Below, in pieces: positions 9,320 to 19,239 of a stretch of 55,360 bases of DNA. The position numbers were made by a program, and so were the translations under genes. The stretch is from Bacteroidales bacterium (GTDB lineage: Bacteria > Bacteroidota > Bacteroidia > Bacteroidales > Muribaculaceae). The stretch covers positions 48,174 to 103,533 of the forward strand of contig JAAVFY010000007.1 of assembly GCA_014800515.1 (NCBI GenBank), read 5' to 3'. Under the pieces are notes generated by a model. It saw only the letters and a list, made by a program, of their open reading frames with translations. It was not told the DNA's origin and ran no database searches. The first letter of the stretch is position 1; every line of letters begins with the position of its first letter.

Positions 9320-11010
9320 GGTTTGGTATTGAATGTATAGCTGAATCCTAAGCTGAGAAACTCCTTAAACTGCCATTTCCCCCAACCGGTATGCACTGTG
9401 GTGGGAGTGGAAGTGTCGTAGCGCAGATGGAAATAGAATTGAGTGGAAAGAAAGCGGTTGACGGCAAACTCAAATGTATTCTCCCAATCACCGAGCAGAG
9501 ATTTATAGTCGCTGAAGGCGAAAGCACGTGAACGCCAGAGGATATTGGAATGGAGCTGCCACTCGTAGGTCAACTCAAGATTGCTACCGATCTCGCTTAC
9601 TGTGCGAGAAGGGGGGGTGATCTTGAATTGAGTGCGGTCTATATTGTCGTCGATACAGGTCTTGAGGTTGTAGGAGAGTGGAGATATTGAAAGCGACAAC
9701 TTGAAGGTGTTGTTCTTGTTGGCGTGATTGAAAGTCATACCAAGACCCATATTAAACTCTCCCGGAGAGAGGAAAGAGGCTGTGCGTATATCGGAATCCG
9801 AAGGATAGCTCACGAGCATCTGTGTCTTGAACTGACCGGTGAAAGAGTAGAACCACTTCGTGTAAGCCTTCACACCGGCCTTGAAATTCCATTGAAAGGC
9901 ATCGGCGGAGATCTGATATTTATGGAGCGATCCGCGTGGAGTGGTGCTGACACCCAATTTATAACTGACAACACTCTGCAGCATCAGGTTGGGATGATAC
10001 ACCTGATTGAGGCTGACATCCCATAGAAAGTTAAAAAGAAGAGAGAGATAGTCGGTGCCACCCTGATACCAGTTGCGGGAAAAATAAGCCTGCGAGAATT
10101 GCAGACCTGTGTTGAGCACATGAAGCCAGTTGCGTCGGCCGAACGATTCCCCTTCTATCACCGTCTTTGAAGGGTCGATCTCCGGCATGGGTAGTTTGCG
10201 GAGAAACCCGAGGAAAGTACGGTCGTCATCCGGGAGCGACGGAGGCTCCGGCAGATCCCACCGGGCATACTCTATTGTGTAAGGATCGGCCATCATCACC
10301 CGATATATGGCATCGTCCTGCATCCTGTCGTTGGCTATAGCCTCACGTAGCCAACCGGGCATATAGTCGCCTTTGGCCACAGGAGGAAGTTCGGCCAAAT
10401 CATCATCACTAAGATAGGAGTATTGCCATTCGAGGGCATATTCCGGAGTTCCTTCCCCTGCAATGGAATCGGCAGACAAGGCCGGCTCAATCTGAACAAT
10501 ATCGGATGTGGCGGAAGACAGTGTGTCAGCGACAACAGCCACAGCGACCAGACGATCGTGGGTCGTGGAGCGTCTGCCGAGAATGCTCTTCATGTCGGCA
10601 GCCGGTAAAGAAAATTGACGTGAATGCAACGCCCTATAACCGGAGATAACCCACGGTCCGGACGCCTTAAGCGGATACCTCAGATAGGGATAGGATGCGG
10701 GGACAGACGCCAGTATCTCCTCTACGCTGCGCGGAAGAAGAGAATCCGGTTGGGCCTCAATTATGTCTTCTTCCGGCTTTTCCCTCTCATCGGCAAGACT
10801 TTCAGGAAGATCATTTACGGCGTGTTCCGCAGCTGATTCCGGCGAAACATGACGAAACTTAGGCACACCCTGCCCAAAGGCCGGTATAGCCATTCCTCCT
10901 ATAAGAAGCACTCCTGCCAGACTCCGGAGCCGTCTCCCGGAAAGAGAACGCACAATGTCGGTTCTATGGCTTGTGTCAATGTCTTTCATGGGTATCTGTC
11001 GGTAATTCAC
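9316..11010 (-). CDS. DUF3078-like outer-membrane beta-barrel protein
   Basis: QFSQAYFSRNWYQGG, FLSPG, WENTFEF, KEFLSLGFSYTF motifs in the C-terminal half. Confidence 0.8.
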   Translation of the reverse strand: MNYRQIPMKDIDTSHRTDIVRSLSGRRLRSLAGVLLIGGMAIPAFGQGVPKFRHVSPESAAEHAVNDLPESLADEREKPEEDIIEAQPDSLLPRSVEEILASVPASYPYLRYPLKASGPWVISGYRALHSRQFSLPAADMKSILGRRSTTHDRLVAVAVVADTLSSATSDIVQIEPALSADSIAGEGTPEYALEWQYSYLSDDDLAELPPVAKGDYMPGWLREAIANDRMQDDAIYRVMMADPYTIEYARWDLPEPPSLPDDDRTFLGFLRKLPMPEIDPSKTVIEGESFGRRNWLHVLNTGLQFSQAYFSRNWYQGGTDYLSLLFNFLWDVSLNQVYHPNLMLQSVVSYKLGVSTTPRGSLHKYQISADAFQWNFKAGVKAYTKWFYSFTGQFKTQMLVSYPSDSDIRTASFLSPGEFNMGLGMTFNHANKNNTFKLSLSISPLSYNLKTCIDDNIDRTQFKITPPSRTVSEIGSNLELTYEWQLHSNILWRSRAFAFSDYKSLLGDWENTFEFAVNRFLSTQFYFHLRYDTSTPTTVHTGWGKWQFKEFLSLGFSYTFNTKP

Positions 11011-11012
11011 AT

Positions 11013-12623
11013 TTATTCCCCCTCCAGCAAACGGGTGTAATCGTCAGAACGAATCAAGTCGTAGGCGGCCTTGAAAATCGGGTCGTCGATATTGATTACC
11101 TTGAAGTATGTGGCATTATCATATATGTCTCTTCCGATAAGAGCTTTGAGCACTGTCTTGAAAAGAGGTTGACTGAGAGCTGCCTGATCGGCGTCATACT
11201 CCACGCCGTCGGCTTCAGCCATATCATAGAGAGAACGCAGCATGAGAGAATCCACCTCGAATCCTTTCACAAATGCATCTCCGTCTTTATACCTGCGTTT
11301 AAGCTCCTTGCGATGAGAGTCGACAAAATCAATAGCATAGCGGTTGAGGGCTCCTTTCGCCACGACATTTCTATAGTACTTGGTGTTTGCAGTCGTGTCA
11401 AGCGGGACAAATCTGTCGGGATATATTCCGCCTCCACCGTAGATGACACGATGATTACGCAGTGTCTCCGTTCGCAGGGAGTCAACATATTTCACAGAGT
11501 CTGCGTGCATAAGTTCTCCGCTATTGAATCGATCGAGAATATCCTTCTCGTATGCCTTCTGGTCGCCTTTGGTGTATGGTTTCTGAATATCCCGACCCGT
11601 GGGAGTGTAGTAGTGGGCGGTGGTGAGGCGAATCATTGAGCCGTCAGGGAAGGGAATGGGTCGCTGCACAAGTCCCTTGCCGAAAGTGCGCCTACCCACT
11701 ATAAGACCGCGATCCCAATCCTGGATAGCACCCGAGGTGATTTCGGATGAAGAAGCCGAATATTGATTGACCATCACGACAAGTCTTCCCTCATCGAAAA
11801 GCGGGGTCAATCCTCCGGGGCCGGCCTTTAGATTCTGGCGTGGAGAATTAAGTCCTTCGGTATAGACAGCGAGCGATCCTGGGCTTAGGAACTCACCCAG
11901 AATCTCCACTGCAGCCTGAAGATATCCGCCTCCATTGTCAACCAGGTCAAGCATAAGATCTTTCATGCCTTTCTTCTTCAGATCGCGGATCGCGGTGCGA
12001 ACCTCCTTCGCGGTCTCGGCCCCGAACTTATTGACACGGATATAGCCGGTGGTGGGATCAACCATATAAGCCGCGTCAACGCTATAGATAGGGATATCCG
12101 CACGTGTGATTCGGAAATCAATCGTGTCGGCCGCGGCATTGCCGGTGCGACGGAGCACTTTCACCTCCACATCCGTGCCTTTCGGGCCGCGTAGCCGGCG
12201 CATAATGTCACGGTTCTTCATCTTCTTTCCGGCTATCACAGTGTCATTCACCTCTATGATGCGGTCGCCGGCCAACATTCCTACTCTTTCCGACGGGCCT
12301 CCATTGACTGTCTGGATAACATAAAGAGTATCCGATGACATATTGAATACTATACCTATTCCGCCGAAATTACCGGCGAGGGGTTCGTTAAATTCACGTG
12401 TCTCTTCGGGAGTGGAATAAGAGGAATGCGGATCGAGTTCCTCGAGCATCCCCCGTATAGCGGCCTCCACGAGTTTATCTTCATTGACAGTATCGACATA
12501 CAGCTGGGCTACCGCCGCCTCAGCCATACGCAATTTCTGACCCGCATCAAAACGATTCTGCGCTGTAGATGCGATCACCGCCGCCAATATCGAGGCGGCT
12601 GCTATAAATAGTATCTTCTTCAT
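11013..12623 (-). CDS. S41 carboxyl-terminal processing protease (PDZ + peptidase)
   Basis: LDPHS, GGIGI PDZ, DLVDNGGGYL, SASSSEI, RTFGKGLVQ. Confidence 0.93.
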   Translation of the reverse strand: MKKILFIAAASILAAVIASTAQNRFDAGQKLRMAEAAVAQLYVDTVNEDKLVEAAIRGMLEELDPHSSYSTPEETREFNEPLAGNFGGIGIVFNMSSDTLYVIQTVNGGPSERVGMLAGDRIIEVNDTVIAGKKMKNRDIMRRLRGPKGTDVEVKVLRRTGNAAADTIDFRITRADIPIYSVDAAYMVDPTTGYIRVNKFGAETAKEVRTAIRDLKKKGMKDLMLDLVDNGGGYLQAAVEILGEFLSPGSLAVYTEGLNSPRQNLKAGPGGLTPLFDEGRLVVMVNQYSASSSEITSGAIQDWDRGLIVGRRTFGKGLVQRPIPFPDGSMIRLTTAHYYTPTGRDIQKPYTKGDQKAYEKDILDRFNSGELMHADSVKYVDSLRTETLRNHRVIYGGGGIYPDRFVPLDTTANTKYYRNVVAKGALNRYAIDFVDSHRKELKRRYKDGDAFVKGFEVDSLMLRSLYDMAEADGVEYDADQAALSQPLFKTVLKALIGRDIYDNATYFKVINIDDPIFKAAYDLIRSDDYTRLLEGE

Positions 12624-12654
12624 TTGTTGTAATTTTTCCTACGGCCAACCGATT

Positions 12655-13107
12655 TCATCGGTAATCAGCCACAGCCACGTATGACGTCACATCATAACCG
12701 TTATGAATCAATTCCCTCACCATCGAGCTGCTTACAAACGCCAATTCCGGACGGGAGAACAAAATCACGGTCTCCACGCCTGCCACGGCACGGTTGGTGT
12801 CGGCCAATGTGCGCTCAAATTCAAAATCTATCGCGCTTCTTGCTCCGCGCAGAATAAAGTCGGCTCCGGTGCGTCGGACAAAATCAACTGTCAGACCCTC
12901 GTATCCACATACTTCCACACGCGGATCGGAGGCATAGAGGGAGGCAATAGCGGCTATCCTTCTGTCAGTGGGAAGCATATATCTTTTATTCTCGTTATAA
13001 CCTACGGCTATGATGACCTTCCCGAACAGGCGCAGTGCACGTTGCACAATATCGGCATGACCCACCGTAAAGGGGTCGAAACTACCGGCGAAGACAGCTG
13101 TTCCCAT
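12655..13107 (-). CDS. coaD: Pantetheine-phosphate adenylyltransferase
   Basis: FAGSFDPFTVGH, ILRGAR, VSSSMVRE. Confidence 0.95.
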   Translation of the reverse strand: MGTAVFAGSFDPFTVGHADIVQRALRLFGKVIIAVGYNENKRYMLPTDRRIAAIASLYASDPRVEVCGYEGLTVDFVRRTGADFILRGARSAIDFEFERTLADTNRAVAGVETVILFSRPELAFVSSSMVRELIHNGYDVTSYVAVADYR

Positions 13108-13124
13108 TTTCTTTTTCAGGAATA

Positions 13125-15254
13125 TTATATCTGGGAGTCATCCTCCACTACAAGATTATCGATAATGAAGTTCTGACGGTCCATAGTGTTCTTGCCCATA
13201 TAGAATTCAAGCAACTTATCGACTGTGTCGCCCTTCTTAAGTCTGACAGGGTCAAGGCGCATCTCCGGGCCAATAAACTCTGCAAACTCCGCATCGTTGA
13301 TCTCTCCGAGACCTTTGAATCGGGTGATCTCGGCATTCGCTCCGAAGCGGGCTATGGCCTTCTCCCGTTCCTCATCCGTGTAGCAATAATAGGTGTCGCG
13401 CTGTTCCTCCTCACCCTCCGTGCTTTTCTTTGTCTGACGGCGTTTTTTTCCTTTGCCCCTGCGCGACACATTCTTATCGCGCACACGGAAAAGCGGAGTC
13501 TGGAGGATATAGACATGGCCTTCTCTCACAAGGTCGGGGAAAAACATCAGAAAGAAGGTGATGATGAGCAGGCGGATATGCATACCGTCGACATCGGCAT
13601 CGGTGGCTATGATCACTTTATTATAACGCAAACCCTCGATTCCTTCCTCTATATTCAAGGCAGCCTGAAGGAGATTGAACTCATCGTTCTTATAGACCAC
13701 ATCCTGAGCCATGCCGTAGGAGTTGAGCGGTTTTCCCCGCAGTGAGAACACGGCCTGAGTGCGTGCATCCCTGACCTTGGTGATTGTGCCGGAAGCTGAA
13801 TCACCCTCGGTGATGAAAATAGCCGATTCCTCTCTGGGGTCGGATTCCTCCTCTTCCCGCTCGCGGCGTACAGGTTTCCTGGGGTCATTGTAGTGGATGC
13901 GACAATCGCGCAACTTACGGTTGTGCAGACTAACCTTCTTCGCCTTCTCCCTCGCCAGCTTGGCAACTCCGGCCATTGCCTTACGTTCCTTCTCGGACAT
14001 GGAGACCTTGCGAATCAATTCGTCGGCCACTTCCGGATGCTTGTGCAGATAGTCGTCAAGTTCCTTCTTGATGAAGTCTCCGATAAACTTATTGACGGTC
14101 ATGGCTCCTTCGTATGGAGCTATCTCCTTGCTGCCGAGCTTCACTTTTGTCTGGCTCTCGAACACAGGTTCCTGAATGCGGATGCTTATGGCAGCCACAA
14201 TGCCGTTGCGGATATCCGAAAACTCGAAACTCTTGCCGGAATATTCCTTAATGGTGCGTCCTATCCATTCGCGGAAGGCCGTCAGATGCGTACCTCCCTG
14301 CGGAGTGTATTGACCGTTGACGAATGAATAGTATTCCTCCCCATATTTATCGGAGTGTGTGAGCACCATCTCGATGTCATGCCCCTTGAGATGAATTATA
14401 GGATAGAGGGGGTCAGTGGTCATATTCTCGCGCAGAAGGTCAAGAAGACCGTGTCGCGACACATATTTCTTTCCGTTGAAGACAATCTGCAGACCGGTGT
14501 TGAGATAGGTGTAATTGCTGACCATCGACTCCACAAACTCCATATTGAAACTGTAGTTGCGGAAGAGAGTCGGGTCAGGATGAAATCTCACGAGGGTGCC
14601 GTTGGGTTCCTTTGTGGGTCGATGTCCGAAATCTTCTGTCACTTCCCCTTTCTCAAAATCTACCCTCACTGACTCCCCATCGCGGAAACTCTCCACCGTG
14701 CAGTGGGAGGAAAGGGCATTGACGGCTTTCAGACCCACACCGTTGAGACCTACGGATTTCTGGAAGTTCTTGTCGTCAAACTTTCCGCCCGTATTTATCT
14801 TGGAGGCTACATCTATCACCTTACCGAGCGGGATGCCTCGACCGTAGTCGCGCACCATCACCACACCGTCGGCGGACACATCAATGTCTATACGCTTGCC
14901 GGCACCCATATTGAATTCGTCGATTGAATTATCGACCACCTCCTTGAGCAGGACATAGATACCGTCTTCGGCGTGCGAACCGTCGCCGAGCTTACCGATA
15001 TACATACCCGGACGACGGCGGATGTGCTCATTGTCCTCGAGCGTCTGTATCGCCTCATCGGTGTATGTCCCGGCGGCTGAGCCTGACCCCGAGGTGTCAA
15101 CATATCCCTCGTCCGGACTTTCGGAAGAGACATTTCTTTCCACGGATAATTCCGTCTCGGGATGCTGCATTTCGCCGGCCTCCTGTGCCGACGGGATATA
15201 TTCAATGTTCTCCTCTCCCGGGAAGCCCGAAAAAAGATCAGACGATGGATTCAT
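13125..15254 (-). CDS. parE: DNA topoisomerase IV subunit B (Bacteroidota type)
   Basis: [52 protein letters not shown]; terminus [13 protein letters not shown]. Confidence 0.9.
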   Translation of the reverse strand: MNPSSDLFSGFPGEENIEYIPSAQEAGEMQHPETELSVERNVSSESPDEGYVDTSGSGSAAGTYTDEAIQTLEDNEHIRRRPGMYIGKLGDGSHAEDGIYVLLKEVVDNSIDEFNMGAGKRIDIDVSADGVVMVRDYGRGIPLGKVIDVASKINTGGKFDDKNFQKSVGLNGVGLKAVNALSSHCTVESFRDGESVRVDFEKGEVTEDFGHRPTKEPNGTLVRFHPDPTLFRNYSFNMEFVESMVSNYTYLNTGLQIVFNGKKYVSRHGLLDLLRENMTTDPLYPIIHLKGHDIEMVLTHSDKYGEEYYSFVNGQYTPQGGTHLTAFREWIGRTIKEYSGKSFEFSDIRNGIVAAISIRIQEPVFESQTKVKLGSKEIAPYEGAMTVNKFIGDFIKKELDDYLHKHPEVADELIRKVSMSEKERKAMAGVAKLAREKAKKVSLHNRKLRDCRIHYNDPRKPVRREREEEESDPREESAIFITEGDSASGTITKVRDARTQAVFSLRGKPLNSYGMAQDVVYKNDEFNLLQAALNIEEGIEGLRYNKVIIATDADVDGMHIRLLIITFFLMFFPDLVREGHVYILQTPLFRVRDKNVSRRGKGKKRRQTKKSTEGEEEQRDTYYCYTDEEREKAIARFGANAEITRFKGLGEINDAEFAEFIGPEMRLDPVRLKKGDTVDKLLEFYMGKNTMDRQNFIIDNLVVEDDSQI

Positions 15255-15294
15255 GACGTTGTAGCAGGATTTGAAAAAGTTTCTAAGAGATATG

Positions 15295-15326
15295 CAAAAT
15301 TAGCAATTTTTAGCGATATATCCAAT
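15295..15326 (-). promoter_or_regulatory. Promoter of the parE operon
   Basis: TAATTTTG on the minus strand (15295-15302) with ATTG 20 nt upstream. Confidence 0.6.
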
Positions 15327-15418
15327 CCTAAAGATATTATCATGTCCCGCCACCGGAGGATACTCTTGCAGGGACGAAAAAAACTTCTTAAATTTACACA
15401 GTAAACGAACGATATGCA

Positions 15419-17533
15419 ATGGCAGAGCTCAACAAGAATCAGCTGAAGGCCGTGGAGGCTACTGAAGGAAAGGTAAGAGTAGTGGCGGGAGCCGGCTCGG
15501 GCAAGACACGTGTGCTCGCTCATCGGTTTGCCTTTCTCGTCAACGAACTGGGTATCAGTCCGGGTAATATCCTCTGTCTCACCTTCACCAACAAAGCGGC
15601 TCAGGAGATGAAACGGCGCATTGCACGCATGGTGGACCGCGGCAGTATCAATGACTTCGTCTGCACCATCCATAGCTTCTGTGTCAAATTTCTGCGACGC
15701 GAAATCTATCGGATAGGATATCCCAAGACATTCCTTGTCATAGATGAGGAGGATTGCCGCCAGCTTGCCCGCCAGGCCATGCAGGAGTTCGGAATAGACC
15801 GTAAGAAGACCACTGCTGAAAGATTTCTAAAGCAAGTGGCCGGGTTCAAGGGGATGGCCCCCGACGACTATATATTACGCCATATCATGCCCGGCAGTTC
15901 TTCGGACTGTCCTGACGCCATTGTCCGATACATCCGGCTTCAACTGAAGCAATATGCGCTTGACTATGACGACCTGCTGTATTTCACTCTGTTTATCCTC
16001 AATCATTTTCCCGATGCACGCGAATATTGGACAGACAGATTGAACTATATAATGGTGGATGAAGTGCAGGATTGCAGCGGTGATGATTGGAAACTCCTGA
16101 ATATTCTCAAGGAGCGTCACGGCAATCTCTTCGTAGTCGGCGACCCTGACCAGGCCATCTACGAATGGAGAGGAGCCTGCCCCCGCATTTTTGTGGATTT
16201 CAAGGCTAACACTGACGTGATTCTTGATGAGAACTACCGTTCGACCCCCGACATACTCAATGTGGCCAATCCGATAATAGCCAATAACGCCAACCGCGTG
16301 AAGAAAGAGCTATACACCCGCGCGCTCAACGAGCGTCAGGCCGTATATCATCATGCCAAAAGCGAACGGGATGAGGCTGATATGATCGCCGATCGCATAG
16401 AAAAGGGTATCAAGGAGGGAGCCGCCGCAAATAGTTTCGCAGTGCTCTATCGCACATCATTCGCATCACGTCTGATCGAACAAGCCCTGCTGCGCCGGCA
16501 GATTCCATACACTGTGTGGGGAGGGGTGCGTTTCTTCGAACGGCGGGAAATCAAGGATGTCATCAGCTATCTTCGTCTCATAGCATCAGACGCTGACGAC
16601 ATGGCATTCATGAGAATCGTCAATGTGCCCTCCCGCAAATTCGGAAGCAAGTCGCTCGAATCGCTCACCGCGCTTGCCGAGACCAACGGCACTCCCCTCT
16701 TCACTACCTTGCGCGAAGCCGCCGGAGAGGATGGCTCCGGAGTGAAACCGGCCCTGCGTGCCTTTATCACGCTTATCGAGGAGGCTCGCAGACGCGCTCC
16801 GATCATGAAAATTTCCGAACTCACTGACTGGATGCTCAAAGAGAGCGGTCTTGAAAGTCTCTACCGCAACGACGAAGAGGAGGAGCGTCTGGAGAATCTG
16901 TCGGAACTTATAAACTCAATGAAAGAGTTTGAAGCCACCCGCTTTGAGGAGGGGGAAGCCGATCTTACTTCCTATCTTCAGGAGATATCCCTCTATGTCA
17001 ATTCCGACCTTGAGGATGTGAAGGAGAAGGTGAAACTCATGACCATTCATCAGTCAAAGGGACTGGAGTTTGACACTGTGTTCGTGGCCGGACTGACTGA
17101 AGGCATCTTCCCCAGCCACCGCACAATACGTGAGCGACGGAAGGACGGCGAAGAGGAGGAACGCCGACTTATGTATGTGGCTGTGACGCGAGCGATGAGG
17201 ATGCTTTATCTGTCGGAATCCGAAGGGTATCTGAACGACACCGGAGCGTTGAAATATCCCTCCCGTTTCATAAGCGAAGTGCCTGACGGCATTCTGGCCG
17301 TAGAGGGCAATCCCGACCCCTCCCTTTTTGAGGGCACACGCAGCATGGTGAATATGGTCAACGGCGAATTAGGCGACATGGCTGAAGAGGTGATGACAGC
17401 CGGCACTGCCGTGAGCCACCGTGTCTTCGGTCAGGGCATTGTGGAATCTTACGATCCGGCATCCAAAAGCTATCGCGTCAGATTCGGGGAAAATGTCCGC
17501 AATCTCATAGCCCGCGTGCTGACAAAGCTATAA
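15419..17533 (+). CDS. uvrD: UvrD/PcrA-family SF1 DNA helicase
   Basis: AGAGSGKT, TFTNKAA, VDEVQD, VGDPDQAIYEWRGA, NYRS, TIHQSKGLEF, EERRLMYVAVTRA, C-terminal Tudor-like VSHRVFGQG. Confidence 0.9.
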   Translation: MAELNKNQLKAVEATEGKVRVVAGAGSGKTRVLAHRFAFLVNELGISPGNILCLTFTNKAAQEMKRRIARMVDRGSINDFVCTIHSFCVKFLRREIYRIGYPKTFLVIDEEDCRQLARQAMQEFGIDRKKTTAERFLKQVAGFKGMAPDDYILRHIMPGSSSDCPDAIVRYIRLQLKQYALDYDDLLYFTLFILNHFPDAREYWTDRLNYIMVDEVQDCSGDDWKLLNILKERHGNLFVVGDPDQAIYEWRGACPRIFVDFKANTDVILDENYRSTPDILNVANPIIANNANRVKKELYTRALNERQAVYHHAKSERDEADMIADRIEKGIKEGAAANSFAVLYRTSFASRLIEQALLRRQIPYTVWGGVRFFERREIKDVISYLRLIASDADDMAFMRIVNVPSRKFGSKSLESLTALAETNGTPLFTTLREAAGEDGSGVKPALRAFITLIEEARRRAPIMKISELTDWMLKESGLESLYRNDEEEERLENLSELINSMKEFEATRFEEGEADLTSYLQEISLYVNSDLEDVKEKVKLMTIHQSKGLEFDTVFVAGLTEGIFPSHRTIRERRKDGEEEERRLMYVAVTRAMRMLYLSESEGYLNDTGALKYPSRFISEVPDGILAVEGNPDPSLFEGTRSMVNMVNGELGDMAEEVMTAGTAVSHRVFGQGIVESYDPASKSYRVRFGENVRNLIARVLTKL

Positions 17534-17554
17534 ACGTGCTGACAAAACTATAAA
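17515..17554 (+). repeat. 20-bp tandem duplication spanning the uvrD stop codon
   Basis: CGTGCTGACAAAGCTATAAA followed by CGTGCTGACAAAACTATAAA (1 mismatch). Confidence 0.9.
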
Positions 17555-17574
17555 TTTGTATTTGACCCTACGAC

Positions 17575-17646
17575 AAAAAAAAAATTGATTGTCTCCCGAC
17601 AACCAATCTCTGTGTTAACCTTAAAATCTAATACCATGAAAAACTC
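17575..17646 (-). ncRNA. Putative small RNA (~70 nt) with its own promoter and intrinsic terminator
   Basis: Minus-strand TAATTTTG at 17651-17658; body GTTTTTCATGGTATTAGATTTTAAGGTTAAC; hairpin ATTGGTTGTC-GGGA-GACAATCAAT followed by a long U run. Confidence 0.7.
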
Positions 17647-17822
17647 AATGCAAAATTACAAAACATATTCCAAAACAATGTTATACAACATATAATTTTA
17701 TCTTGTTTTTAACATACATTATATTTTACCCCTTTAAAGCACCATATACTTTAACCTATATTAATAGTTACCAGTTAGTTTAGTCTGTCATTCGCTTCTC
17801 AGGGCTATACTTACAAAAGGAA

Positions 17823-17863
17823 CGCTCCCCTTCAACATACTTTTGGATTGTTGAAGGGGAGCG
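17823..17863 (-). terminator. Hairpin downstream of hpt-adk, probable terminator
   Basis: CGCTCCCCTTCAACA / TGTTGAAGGGGAGCG 15-bp inverted repeat followed by TTCCTTTT on the minus strand. Confidence 0.7.
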
Positions 17864-17967
17864 GATAAGAGTTTATGTCCCGGGCGTAATGCCGGTGCTA
17901 TTTGAACTCAGGATATCAGGCAGACAATCAGTATAACTTCTAAATCTATCTGACTATCGTCACAGGA

Positions 17968-18564
17968 TTATCTGCTCTTTCTTTCAGCTCCGGTCTTTTC
18001 CTTGATTCGGGTAGAGATGTCCTCGAAAATATCATCTACGCGACCATGACCATTGATGGCGAGATATTTACCGTTGGAATTATAATAGTCACGGAGAGGC
18101 ATTGTCTGGCGATGATATACGTCAAGACGATTCTTGATGGTTTCAGGCGTATCATCGGCACGACCTGTGAGACGGCCACGCTCCAGCATACGATTCATCA
18201 ATTCCTCTTCGGGGACTTCAAGACCAATCACGGCATGAAGTTCGGTTCCTCTCCGGGCAAGAAGTTTCTCAAGCGCATCGGCCTGAGGAATGGTGCGGGG
18301 AAATCCATCGAACACAACACCCTCCACATCGGCGGCATTCTTTTCGAGCACGTCGTCAAGGATGCTGATCATCAGATCGTCAGGAATCAACTCGCCCTTT
18401 GAAATGAAACTGTCGGCTATCTTGCCCAGCTCCGTGCCGCGTTTGATATGATCGCGGAGCACCTCACCGGTGGATATGTGGAACAAGTCATATCCTTCAA
18501 TAAGTTTTTCGCTCTGGGTCCCCTTGCCGCTACCGGGGGCTCCAAACAGTACAAGATTAAGCAT
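17968..18564 (-). CDS. adk: Adenylate kinase (short LID)
   Basis: GAPGSGKGTQ, HISTGEVLR, FDGFPRT, GRADD. Confidence 0.96.
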   Translation of the reverse strand: MLNLVLFGAPGSGKGTQSEKLIEGYDLFHISTGEVLRDHIKRGTELGKIADSFISKGELIPDDLMISILDDVLEKNAADVEGVVFDGFPRTIPQADALEKLLARRGTELHAVIGLEVPEEELMNRMLERGRLTGRADDTPETIKNRLDVYHRQTMPLRDYYNSNGKYLAINGHGRVDDIFEDISTRIKEKTGAERKSR

Positions 18565-18611
18565 ACGCGTATAGTAGGATATATCGTAAATATCTTAAAT
18601 ATAAAAATCCA

Positions 18612-19169
18612 TTATCTATCCTCTGTCTCCTCCTTTATGACATATATGTCGGGAAGATTGCGGGCTTTCCCATCAAGGTCAAGGCCATAGCCTACGATAA
18701 AGCGGGGATGAATGGAGAAGGCCACATAGTCGGGGATGAATCCGGTCTTGGTGCACTCCGGCTTATGCAGGAGGGTGGCAAACCGGAGAGAACGCGGACG
18801 GCGACGGCGCAGATCGTCCATAAGGTTGGAGGCGGTCAGGCCGGTATCTACAATGTCTTCCACTATCACGACATCTTTCCCTTCAAGCTCTTCGGTGAGG
18901 CCGATAAGCTGCTTTATCTTTCCCGACGAATTCATACCTTCATAACTGGAATATCTGACGAAGCATACATGACAATCGTCAATACCGACTTCTCTGATAA
19001 GGTCGGCGGCAAAGATGAATGAGCCGTTGAGCACACACAGAAACACCGGTTCGCATCCGCTCAAATCGCGCCGTATCTCACCGGCTACGCGACTCACTTG
19101 TTCGCGTATCTCATCTCTACTGATATACGGAACGAAGGTGAGACCATTGATAGTAATCTCTTTTTCCAT
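18612..19169 (-). CDS. hpt: Hypoxanthine phosphoribosyltransferase
   Basis: VLNGSFIFAADL, VVIVEDIVDTGLT, VGYGLD. Start moved to MEKEITING (19169) because the longer ORF overlaps the OmpA gene and a promoter lies at 19188-19218. Confidence 0.93.
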   Translation of the reverse strand: MEKEITINGLTFVPYISRDEIREQVSRVAGEIRRDLSGCEPVFLCVLNGSFIFAADLIREVGIDDCHVCFVRYSSYEGMNSSGKIKQLIGLTEELEGKDVVIVEDIVDTGLTASNLMDDLRRRRPRSLRFATLLHKPECTKTGFIPDYVAFSIHPRFIVGYGLDLDGKARNLPDIYVIKEETEDR

Positions 19170-19187
19170 AGAGAATTCAATTTTCGG

Positions 19188-19218
19188 CAAATTTACAAAA
19201 TTTTCATGACCCTGCAAA
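19188..19218 (-). promoter_or_regulatory. Promoter of hpt-adk
   Basis: Minus strand TTTG (19215-19218), 19-nt spacer, TAAATTTG (19188-19195). Confidence 0.75.
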
Positions 19219-19239
19219 TTTTCCGCCCCCCGTGAGAAA

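Noticed and set aside
15419-17533. UvrD as part of a defence system (e.g. Gabija)
   Set aside because: PcrA-like length with a Tudor-like tail, no partner nuclease, housekeeping context.
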